From the NCBI GenBank assembly GCA_041742375.1, contig JBGSIU010000039.1, forward strand, positions 1 to 53,155: 53,155 nucleotides of DNA, in the 5' to 3' direction. The position numbers were made by a program, and so were the translations under genes. This stretch comes from Patescibacteria group bacterium. GTDB lineage: Bacteria; Patescibacteriota; Microgenomatia; JBGSIU01. Shown piece after piece: positions 16,843-25,049 of this stretch (position 1 is the stretch's first letter; every line of letters begins with the position of its first letter). A model generated the notes under the pieces. That model saw only the letters and a program-made list of their open reading frames with translations. It did not search any database and was not told the DNA's origin.

Positions 16843-18092
16843 ATTTTTTGCGTTAGCGTTTGATAATATTTTTTGCTTATTTTATTCACATTTCCTGCAC
16901 CCATGAATACAACAACACTGTTTTTTTCAACATTATTTATTAAATAATCCACCACCTCATTAAAGCTTGCATATTGTACATTATCTTTTTTTATTTCCCC
17001 AACTAAATCTCTTGATGTCGCCGTCGGTTTCCCGCGCTCGCGCGATTCAAATGTGTCTGTGTAGATTGCTAAATCTGCTCCATCAGCACAGGTGAGAAAA
17101 TCTTCAAAAAGATACTTCATCCTTGAATAGGTGTGCGGTTCAATCACGCAAATTAATTTTTCTTTTGGAAATTTATCTCTAAATGCTCTCAAAGTTTCGC
17201 GGATTGCTGTCGGATGATGGGCATAATCATCAAAAATTTTTACACCTTTCACTTCGCCAATCAAATCTTGCCGTCTTTTCATCCCTTTAAAATTTTGAAT
17301 AGCAGGAATGATTTTTTCTTTTTCAATTTTCAGCTTTTCGCAAATTTTCAACACTCCCGCCGCATTTTTCACATTTTGTTCTCCAAAAATCTGCATATCT
17401 TTAAAGACTAATCGATTTTCGTTAATAAAATCATTGTCAATTTTAACGATATTTATGTTCTTAGCAATGGGACAATTAAGCAATTGAGTAATCCCTTTAT
17501 TATCAGTGTTCACGATTAATTTACCTTCTGCCTTCATTCCATTAATAAACCTCACAAAGCTTTCATACATTTTTTCCACTTTCCCATCAAAAAACTCCGG
17601 ATGGTCTAATTCAATATTATTCAGCAAAATAATATCCGCATGAATATTCAAAAAATTATTATAAAATTCGTCAGCCTCGCAAACAAAATAATTTGATTTG
17701 CCAACACGATAGTTTTTTCCCCAATTTTTAACAATTCCCCCAACTTCAACCCAAGGATCAAATCCAAGCTGCTCAAGCATAAAACCAAGAAGCCCTGTGG
17801 TTGTCGTCTTTCCATGCGTGCCGGCAATTGCAATCGTAAAATAATCTTTAAATAAAATTTTCCCCATAAATTCCTGCCAGGTTATAATGGGAATTTTTTT
17901 ATCCTTTGCCGCCAAAATTTCCGGATGATTATTGTTGGTATAAAAAACAGAAGGGGTCACGCAAAGAAGATCAATATTATTAATGTGGGATGCCACATGT
18001 CCGCCATTCTCTTCGTCACAACCTGAAACTTCATAGCCTTTAGCTTTTGCAAGTCCTGCTACAGCTGAAGCACCAGATCCTGATATGCCCAT
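16839..18092 (-). CDS. murC: UDP-MurNAc-L-alanine ligase (start uncertain)
   Basis: (KVHF)MGISGSG, AGTHGKTTTT, EADE, NIELDH, DDYAHHP, PHTYSR, MGAG. Confidence 0.9.
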   Translation of the reverse strand: MGISGSGASAVAGLAKAKGYEVSGCDEENGGHVASHINNIDLLCVTPSVFYTNNNHPEILAAKDKKIPIITWQEFMGKILFKDYFTIAIAGTHGKTTTTGLLGFMLEQLGFDPWVEVGGIVKNWGKNYRVGKSNYFVCEADEFYNNFLNIHADIILLNNIELDHPEFFDGKVEKMYESFVRFINGMKAEGKLIVNTDNKGITQLLNCPIAKNINIVKIDNDFINENRLVFKDMQIFGEQNVKNAAGVLKICEKLKIEKEKIIPAIQNFKGMKRRQDLIGEVKGVKIFDDYAHHPTAIRETLRAFRDKFPKEKLICVIEPHTYSRMKYLFEDFLTCADGADLAIYTDTFESRERGKPTATSRDLVGEIKKDNVQYASFNEVVDYLINNVEKNSVVVFMGAGNVNKISKKYYQTLTQKI

Positions 18093-18104
18093 GAAATGAA
18101 CTTT

Positions 18105-18256
18105 ATGAAAATTAGAAATGTAAATCTCAAAATGAAAAGTGAGCCTCCTTCGCTAAAGCTACGGAAGGCCAAAGCAATTTAAGAAAACTGCTTGCCGGCC
18201 GTAGCCTGAAAGGCGAAGGCTGGTCATTTTAAATTTTGATTTTTAAATTTTGCATT
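18105..18256. repeat. Composite element: inverted 7-mer arms enclosing an inverted pair of GC-rich palindromes
   Basis: Arms 18105-18140 and 18225-18256; inner GCCTCCTTCGCTAAAGCTACGGAAGGC (18143-69) and GCCGGCCGTAGCCTGAAAGGCGAAGGCTGG (18194-18223). Confidence 0.8.
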
Positions 18257-19533
18257 ATTTCGCGGAGCGAATTTTGGTCGCTCCACTCAATCTCATGCCC
18301 CACGTTTAAACTGGTTTGATGCCCAACCCCTGTTGCCACAATAACATCGCCTTGTTTTGCCATTTTTACGCCCATTTCAAGTGCTTTTTGCCTGTCCGGT
18401 TCAAGAAAATATGTGCAGCCAAATTTTTTGTCTGTTTTGTTAATTCCTTCTTCAATCATGGAAATTATTCTTTGAGGGTTTTCGCCATATGTATCTTCGG
18501 TTGTAATTATTGAAACATCTGCCATTTTCCCGGAAATTTCTCCCATTAAAGGTCTTTTTTCTTTATCTCGTTTACCCGTTGCCCCAAAAACATGAATAAT
18601 TTTCGATTTTGGAAATTCTTCACGTAAAGTTTTTAAAACTTGTTCAATCGCATTTGGCGTATGGGCAAAATCCACAAAAACATGAAGATTGCGATCATTT
18701 TTAATCATTTCTAACCTTCCTTTTATTCCTTTAAATTCCTCTATGCCTTTTTTAATTTTTTCCATTTTTACCCCGAGCAAAATACACGCAGCGGACGCTG
18801 CTAAAATATTTTCTATATTAAACCTTCCGAGTAAATTATGTTGAATCGTTACTCTTTCTTCTCTCTGTTTGAAATTAGGTATCAGATTAAAAAAACCATG
18901 TTTTATGTCAGATGCTCGTGTATATCCACCATTTATTCCGTAAGTGGAAATAATACGAGATTTAAATTCATCATTCTTTAAAAAAGAATCCCAAAATGTT
19001 TTTTCAACCCCAGATAGTTCGAAATCATGAAATTTCGCCGGTATGACAACAATATGACACTTCTTAAGAAAGGAAAGTTTTGTTACGATATATTCATTCA
19101 TTGTTTTATGATAATCAAGATGCTCGCGCGTGATATTTGTTAAAACTCCCACTTCAAATGGAATTCCCCAAATTCTATTTTGATCAATTCCATGGGATGC
19201 AACTTCGAGAACTGCATATTTGCAACCCGCGTCAACCATTTTTTTCAAGCATTTTTGCAACGTGAAAGATGAAGGAGTCGTTGTGTGCAATCCTGTGCTA
19301 AAGTCTTCATCATTAATCTTGCCGCCGATTGTGGAAATCACGCCAACTTTTTCGCCCGATGCACGAAGAATATGGTAAATCAAATTACAAACCGTGCTTT
19401 TTCCATCTGTGCCTGTGACCCCGATGCAAATCAAATCTTTGCCTGGAAAACCATAAATAAAATTTGCTATCATTGCCTGAAATAAATGGTAGATGTTTTT
19501 AAATTTTTGAAGCATTCCTCTCAATTTTATCAT
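18229..19533 (-). CDS. murE: UDP-MurNAc-tripeptide synthetase (MurE-like)
   Basis: GVTGTDGKST, HTTTP, EVASHG, TNITREHLDYH, DFAHTP, RDKEKRPLMG; ATG 19533 overlaps PBP stop (ATGA). Confidence 0.9.
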   Translation of the reverse strand: MIKLRGMLQKFKNIYHLFQAMIANFIYGFPGKDLICIGVTGTDGKSTVCNLIYHILRASGEKVGVISTIGGKINDEDFSTGLHTTTPSSFTLQKCLKKMVDAGCKYAVLEVASHGIDQNRIWGIPFEVGVLTNITREHLDYHKTMNEYIVTKLSFLKKCHIVVIPAKFHDFELSGVEKTFWDSFLKNDEFKSRIISTYGINGGYTRASDIKHGFFNLIPNFKQREERVTIQHNLLGRFNIENILAASAACILLGVKMEKIKKGIEEFKGIKGRLEMIKNDRNLHVFVDFAHTPNAIEQVLKTLREEFPKSKIIHVFGATGKRDKEKRPLMGEISGKMADVSIITTEDTYGENPQRIISMIEEGINKTDKKFGCTYFLEPDRQKALEMGVKMAKQGDVIVATGVGHQTSLNVGHEIEWSDQNSLREIMQNLKIKI

Positions 19534-21281
19534 TTTGACGGTGGAATATTGTAATAGATAAATAAATCGTTCAAAATATTGAAAAAGATCGGACCGGCCG
19601 TGTTTGCACCCCATGGATCAGCTTGCGGTTCATCAAGTTTTACGAATAAAATAAATTTTGGATCATTTGCCGGCGCAAATCCGATCACGCTACCAATCGT
19701 TTTTGTTTTTTCATATTTACCTCCGATCGCAATTTGCGCAGTTCCTGATTTTGCGGCAATCTCATAATTTTTTAACTGAGGTGTAAAAGTATCACGGGCA
19801 AAATGAAGCGGGCTTTTCTCAACAACATTAGTCAGCATTTCTTTTATTACCTGAGCTGTTTTGTCAGAATATACATTTTCATTGAAAATCGGCTCAACGA
19901 CATCTTTCTTGTCATCGCCTGTAAAAATAATCGCTAAGTGAGGAGCTGATGTTTTTCCCATAATTAACGCGCTATATGCTTTTACCATTTGAATTGAAGT
20001 CACGGAAATCCCCTGGCCAAAAGTCATTGTTGCCTGATCAATTTCATAAATATTTTCTGGTTTTTTAACAAAACCTTGCACCTCTCCCTCCAAATCAATA
20101 TTAGTTTTTTCGCCAAACCCAAGTTTTTTAAAATATTTAAGGATTTTTTCTTTGCCTAATAGTTCACCAATATATGTCATTCCCGTGTTGTCAGATCGTT
20201 CTAATACTTGTTGCATTGTTAAGCTTGGTAAATATTGATCGTCAAAAGTACGAACTGTGTAGCCGCTCAACGCGCGGGGGCCTGCGCATTTTGGACATTT
20301 TGTTTGCGGCGTGATTAATTTTTCATTAATTGCCGCCGCCGCAACGAGCGGTTTCATAATCGATCCCGGTTCATATTCGTCGGAAATTGAGGAATTTTTT
20401 TTAAATTCGTCTCTGAATAAATAGTAATTATTAGGATCAAAATTGGGTTCGTTTGCCATCGCCATCACTTCCCCGCGCGCCGGATCATAAAGAATCGCGC
20501 TTCCTGATTTTGCTTGATATTTTTTAATTCCCCAGTGAAGCCATTTCTCGACGATTTTTTGCGCGCCGCGGTCAAGAGAAGTTGTAATATTCCGACCGTT
20601 TATCGAATCTTTTTTTTCATAAATATTTAAAAGAATCGGCCTACCAAGCGGATCTTTCTCATAAATTCGGTATCCGTCGATTCCTTTTAGCTCTAGATCA
20701 TAATAACCTTCAAGTCCATAAAAACCTTTTTGATTGTCATTTTCGTTTCTACCCAAAAAGCCTAGAACATGCGCCGACATTGAACTTTCTGGATATTTTC
20801 TTAAATTTTCCGTCGTAAAAAACAGGCTTGCAAAATTTAGCTTTTCAATTGCCTGCCGGCTTTTATCTGTCAACTTTTTGTATATCACGCCTGCTTTTAT
20901 TTTATTATTTCCAAATAGCCCGTTAATATATTTCGTAATTACTTTTTTCCTTTGATTTAATTTTTCAGATTCCTCCGCTTTAAGCGGTGAAAAAACCTGT
21001 TTATCAACCGCGAGAATATCAACAAGAGAAGGGATTATTTTTGAATAATTTTTGTTAAATTTTGTGTCAAGATTTTTATCAAAATTTAAAACATAGCCGA
21101 TTTTGTTTTCCGAAAGAGGAAATCCGTCGCGCGAAAAAATTTCACCACGCGATGCGGGAATCAACACTGTTCCTTCTCTTTGAAGCTCTCCTCTTGTTTG
21201 AAATTTCGCGCCTTCAACTATCTGAAGATAAAAAATGCGGGCGGCTACAATACCAAAATAAAAAATAAATAAGTCGCGCAC
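19530..21281 (-). CDS. ftsI: Class B penicillin-binding protein (FtsI/PBP2-like); 5' end uncertain
   Basis: RGEIFSRDG, GLEGYYD, EPGSIMK (SxxK), SDN, KSGTAQ. Confidence 0.88.
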   Translation of the reverse strand: MRDLFIFYFGIVAARIFYLQIVEGAKFQTRGELQREGTVLIPASRGEIFSRDGFPLSENKIGYVLNFDKNLDTKFNKNYSKIIPSLVDILAVDKQVFSPLKAEESEKLNQRKKVITKYINGLFGNNKIKAGVIYKKLTDKSRQAIEKLNFASLFFTTENLRKYPESSMSAHVLGFLGRNENDNQKGFYGLEGYYDLELKGIDGYRIYEKDPLGRPILLNIYEKKDSINGRNITTSLDRGAQKIVEKWLHWGIKKYQAKSGSAILYDPARGEVMAMANEPNFDPNNYYLFRDEFKKNSSISDEYEPGSIMKPLVAAAAINEKLITPQTKCPKCAGPRALSGYTVRTFDDQYLPSLTMQQVLERSDNTGMTYIGELLGKEKILKYFKKLGFGEKTNIDLEGEVQGFVKKPENIYEIDQATMTFGQGISVTSIQMVKAYSALIMGKTSAPHLAIIFTGDDKKDVVEPIFNENVYSDKTAQVIKEMLTNVVEKSPLHFARDTFTPQLKNYEIAAKSGTAQIAIGGKYEKTKTIGSVIGFAPANDPKFILFVKLDEPQADPWGANTAGPIFFNILNDLFIYYNIPPSK

Positions 21282-21331
21282 GAATTTCGCTCATTATTTG
21301 TTATGATCTAAATTTTTTTCAACGAATTTTA

Positions 21332-21601
21332 TCATTTCGTTTTTGTCGAACTATATATAAAATTTTCTGCGCGAATAAAACCAAGTTTTTTTGCCTTAAT
21401 TTCTATATTTGACAGCGAACTATTCTCCGCAATTTCCGATTTAATTTTTTGAATATTTTGCGTGGATATTCGATACTCTATGTCTATCTTATCAGCCTCA
21501 ACTGCAATTTGGCGATAAAGAAAAGAAAAGTAGAGCTGGATGACAATCAGGGCAACGATTAATACGATATAACCTAAATTGCTGAGCAGCATTTTTTTCA
21601 T
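21332..21601 (-). CDS. ftsL: FtsL-like cell division protein
   Basis: One TM, coiled coil, IEIKAKKLGF; between rsmH and PBP. Confidence 0.7.
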   Translation of the reverse strand: MKKMLLSNLGYIVLIVALIVIQLYFSFLYRQIAVEADKIDIEYRISTQNIQKIKSEIAENSSLSNIEIKAKKLGFIRAENFIYSSTKTK

Positions 21602-22554
21602 ATTTTTTCGAACACTCTCATTTTAGCGCTTCTTGCGCGTGTATTCTTTTCTATTTCATTTTCTTGCGGCGAGATCGGTTTTTCAGTTAAAACCCGTCCC
21701 AGTTTTTGCGTTTGCCAATCTTTAAACTGGTTTTTGACAATTCGATCTTCAAGAGAATGGAAAGAAATTACAACAATCCGACCATTGCTTTTTAATACGC
21801 TTAACGCTTCAATTAAACCTTGTCTCAAACTTCCGAGTTCATCATTAATCTGAATTCGTAGAGCTTGAAAAACTTTCGTGGCACTACCCCCCACCTTTCG
21901 GCAAATATCTGATAACTGACGGCAAGAACGAATTTCCTGTCTTTTTCTTGTTTTTACGATTTCAACCGCGACGTTCCATGCTTTTTCTTCTTCGCCGTAA
22001 TCACGAAAAATTTTATAAAGTTCTTTTTTTGATAAAATTTTAATTAAGTCGCTTGCCTTAACCTCTAAATCCTTATCCATTCTCATGTCAAGTTCGGCAT
22101 CCGAATCAAATGAAAATCCCCGTGCTTTATCTTCCAACTGATGGCTGGAAACGCCCAAATCAAAAAGTATACCCGCCGCGTCCGTAAATCCCGTCTCCTT
22201 CGCAATCTCTTCGATATTCGCAAAATTACCTTTTACAATTTTCCAATTTTCTTTTATTTTTATTATTCTATATTTGAAATTTGCTTTTTGATCATTATTT
22301 TGAAAATTGAACTTTGAAATTTGAAATTTCGCCGCAACCGCGGCAATTGCCTCTTCATCCTGATCAATGCTTAACACTTTTCCGCCCAACTCCGCAATCC
22401 GCCCGCTATGCCCTCCTCCTCCCAGCGTGCAATCAATATATTTTTCTCCACTTTTAACATTCAAATAATCAATTGACTCTTTTAGAAGTACAGGCGTGTG
22501 GAAGGATAAAATATTTTCTGTCTTAAACAATTTAACAATATAACAATTTAACAA
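21598..22554 (-). CDS. rsmH: 16S rRNA C1402 N4-methyltransferase; TTG start at 22554 or 22530
   Basis: HTPVLL, DCTLGGGGHS, DLGVSSHQL, LDMRMD, FQALRI, ISFHSLEDR, RSAKMR. Confidence 0.96.
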   Translation of the reverse strand: MLNCYIVKLFKTENILSFHTPVLLKESIDYLNVKSGEKYIDCTLGGGGHSGRIAELGGKVLSIDQDEEAIAAVAAKFQISKFNFQNNDQKANFKYRIIKIKENWKIVKGNFANIEEIAKETGFTDAAGILFDLGVSSHQLEDKARGFSFDSDAELDMRMDKDLEVKASDLIKILSKKELYKIFRDYGEEEKAWNVAVEIVKTRKRQEIRSCRQLSDICRKVGGSATKVFQALRIQINDELGSLRQGLIEALSVLKSNGRIVVISFHSLEDRIVKNQFKDWQTQKLGRVLTEKPISPQENEIEKNTRARSAKMRVFEKI

Positions 22555-22557
22555 TAG
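22523..22557. repeat. Single arm of 8-mer array (TAACAATw) at rsmH start
   Basis: ttaaacaa tttaacaa tataacaa tttaacaa tag. Confidence 0.8.
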
Positions 22558-23061
22558 TTATACTTTGTATTTTTCTTTAAACGCCCCTAATTCTCCATTT
22601 TCAAAATAAAATTTGTAAGTTCCTTCAATTTCGGAAACTTTGTAAAAAACACACTTTCCTCCAGCGGAGCAGGAAAAAAGCCCAAGCTCATTGCAATTTT
22701 TCGTCATCGGCTTATATTCATCTTTTTTAACCTCAATCGGCATCGTTGACCCATTTCCTTGAACCGAACCTTTATTTTCATCAACATAAGTGAACGTATA
22801 TTCGAATTGTTTGATTTTAGCCGATTGCATTCCTTTAATTGAAAACCTAATCGCGTTATGACCTGGTTTTTCACAAGAATCAGCGACTTTAAAATTAACT
22901 ATCACTCCATCCGGCAATTTTTTAAGCTCAGTAAATTTCAATCCATTCTCGTCAGTAACGGAATCTCCCAAACCAAAAATAGATTTCAGCTTTTGATAGC
23001 CAAAATAAGAACCTCCTGCAAGAACTAGTAAAATTGCTATGATAATCGCTACCTTTCTCAT
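22558..23061 (-). CDS. Membrane-anchored/secreted hypothetical protein with four Cys
   Basis: N-terminal signal/TM then beta-rich domain with FSCSAGGKC. Confidence 0.75.
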   Translation of the reverse strand: MRKVAIIIAILLVLAGGSYFGYQKLKSIFGLGDSVTDENGLKFTELKKLPDGVIVNFKVADSCEKPGHNAIRFSIKGMQSAKIKQFEYTFTYVDENKGSVQGNGSTMPIEVKKDEYKPMTKNCNELGLFSCSAGGKCVFYKVSEIEGTYKFYFENGELGAFKEKYKV

Positions 23062-23070
23062 GAATGAAAA

Positions 23071-23140
23071 ACCATTGTTCCATTATTCAATTGTTCCATC
23101 CGCCTTGGGCGGATGAAACAATGAAGCAATGAGGCAATCG
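23071..23140. repeat. Inverted 8-mer array with central CATCCGCCTTGGGCGGATG hairpin
   Basis: 34 nt (23090-23123) identical to 24480-24513. Confidence 0.9.
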
Positions 23141-23142
23141 TC

Positions 23143-24450
23143 CTATTTAAATTTATCTTCAAAATATGATTTTAATTCTGTAATATTTATGCGAATTTGC
23201 TTCATAGTGTCTCTGTCGCGCACGGTCACGCTTTTATCCTCAAGTGACTGAAAATCAACTGTCACACAAAAAGGCGTACCAATCTCATCATGCCGGCGGT
23301 ATCTTTTTCCGATATTGCTATTATCGTCGTACATTATTTGAAAGTCCATTTTTAAATCTTGAAAAATCTTTTTTGCCACATCAACAATGTCTGGTTTATT
23401 AACCGATAAGGGAAAAACTGCAATTTTAATCGGAGCAATTTTACGATTAAGCTTTAAAACAACACGCGCTTCTTTTCCATCAACAGCTTCTTCTTGATAG
23501 GCATCAAATAATAAAAATAAAAATGTGCGGTCAACTCCGCCTGAGGTTTCAACAATGTTAGGAATAAATTTTTTACCGGTCATATCCGTATATGTGAAAT
23601 CATGGCCGGAAAATTCTCCATGGCGGCGCAAATCCCAGTCGCCGCGCCAGTGGATGCCTTCCCACTCGTACCAACCAAAAGGCGCCTGATATTCGATGTC
23701 AACTGCTTGATGGGCATAATGGGCAAGCTCATCTTTTGCATGTGGGCGCAAATGTAAATGTTCTTTAACATTAACCAAACTTTTATACCATGCAAAACGT
23801 TTTTCCTTCCACTTTTCAAAAAAGAATTCTATTCTGTCGGGACTACAAAACCATTGAAGATCCCATTGTTCAAATTCGCGCATGCGAGTTAGGAATTTTT
23901 CCGGCGTGATTTCGTTCCGAAAAGCTTTCCCGATCTGAGCAATCCCAAAAGGAATTTTCGGATGCATTGAGCTTAAAACATTGTCATAATCAAGATAAAT
24001 ATTCTGGCATGCTTCACCGCGAAGATAACTGACGCGTTTTTCGCTTTCGACCACGCCAAGGGATGTTTCCACCATTAAATTAAATTTGCGGGGAGGTGTA
24101 AAACCACCACCGCATGTCGGGCAAGTTTTTCCAACTTTATCCGCTCTAAATCTTTTTTGGCAGCTTTTACAATCAACTAGTAAATCAAAAAATGAAGAGG
24201 TATGCCCTGAAGCATCCCAAACTTTTGGATGAGTGATAATTGACCCGTCAATTCCAAAAATGTCCTCATTTTCCTGAAGCATAAATCTCCACCATAAATT
24301 TTTAATGTTAATTTTCATTAAGTTTCCCAATGGTCCGTAGTCATAAAATCCACGAATGCCACCGTATATTTCGGAGTTTTGGAAAACAAAACCGCGGCGC
24401 TTGCATAACGAAACGATCTTTTCTAGTTTACCTGTATCGTTAATTCCCAC
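23143..24450 (-). CDS. glyS: Glycine-tRNA ligase, alpha2 (eukaryote/archaea-like) type, GTG start
   Basis: CKRRGF, YDYGPLG, GKAFRNEITP, REFEQ, ELAHYA, IGKRYRRHDEIGTPFC. Confidence 0.96.
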   Translation of the reverse strand: MGINDTGKLEKIVSLCKRRGFVFQNSEIYGGIRGFYDYGPLGNLMKINIKNLWWRFMLQENEDIFGIDGSIITHPKVWDASGHTSSFFDLLVDCKSCQKRFRADKVGKTCPTCGGGFTPPRKFNLMVETSLGVVESEKRVSYLRGEACQNIYLDYDNVLSSMHPKIPFGIAQIGKAFRNEITPEKFLTRMREFEQWDLQWFCSPDRIEFFFEKWKEKRFAWYKSLVNVKEHLHLRPHAKDELAHYAHQAVDIEYQAPFGWYEWEGIHWRGDWDLRRHGEFSGHDFTYTDMTGKKFIPNIVETSGGVDRTFLFLLFDAYQEEAVDGKEARVVLKLNRKIAPIKIAVFPLSVNKPDIVDVAKKIFQDLKMDFQIMYDDNSNIGKRYRRHDEIGTPFCVTVDFQSLEDKSVTVRDRDTMKQIRINITELKSYFEDKFK

Positions 24451-24462
24451 TTATCTTCAGCA

Positions 24463-24530
24463 AATTGCTCCATTGTTCGATTGTTCCATCCGCCTTGGGC
24501 GGATGAAACAATGTAGCAATGAAGCAATCA
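24463..24530. repeat. Inverted 8-mer array with central hairpin (second copy)
   Basis: Same architecture as 23071-23140; starts at recO stop. Confidence 0.9.
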
Positions 24531-25046
24531 TCCCATCATTTTTTTACTACTAATCTTCCTCTCAATTAAATTTTCAATAAAATTTTCAACGTCAAAATTC
24601 GTGTTTTTTCTCGCATTATCAATAAAGCCTAAATGAACAAGGATTTCTTTTAATATATCATTAAGATTTTTTTCATTTTTAATAAAGTTCGTAAACATTT
24701 CATAAATTTTACGCTCTGGTACTTTTTCTGGAACCAACCTGTCAATTACTTCCGCTAAGTAGTATATTTTTCCTAATTTTTCAAAGCCAACTTCATTCTG
24801 TGGGAAAAAATCGATAATTTCAGTTTCTGCAATAATATCAAGCGCTTTTCCGCGGGCAATATATAATAGGCTTCTATTAAAAAGTTCTAAATTCCCCTTT
24901 TTTCGTGATGTTAGTTTTCTAATTCCTTTGGCGAGCACGGCTACCTTTCCGTGCTCTCTTGTGAAAACCGTCAAAATTTTATCGGCTTCCCCGTAATTAA
25001 TTCTTTTTATGATTATTCCCTCTGTTTTGTATGTACGCGAAGCCAT
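24528..25046 (-). CDS. recO: DNA repair protein RecO (short, no Zn finger)
   Basis: TEGIIIK, YGEADKILTVFTREHGK, AKGIRK. Confidence 0.9.
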   Translation of the reverse strand: MASRTYKTEGIIIKRINYGEADKILTVFTREHGKVAVLAKGIRKLTSRKKGNLELFNRSLLYIARGKALDIIAETEIIDFFPQNEVGFEKLGKIYYLAEVIDRLVPEKVPERKIYEMFTNFIKNEKNLNDILKEILVHLGFIDNARKNTNFDVENFIENLIERKISSKKMMG

Positions 25047-25049
25047 TGT

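Noticed and set aside
19000-19050. Degenerate REP remnant in murE (VIPAK...ELSGVE)
   Set aside because: Only a partial GTCATACCGGCGAAA half-site; too weak to call without alignment.
22554-22560. Read-through fusion of the secreted protein with RsmH (same frame, single TAA)
   Set aside because: An exported domain fused to a cytoplasmic methyltransferase is implausible; same frame occurs one time in three by chance.
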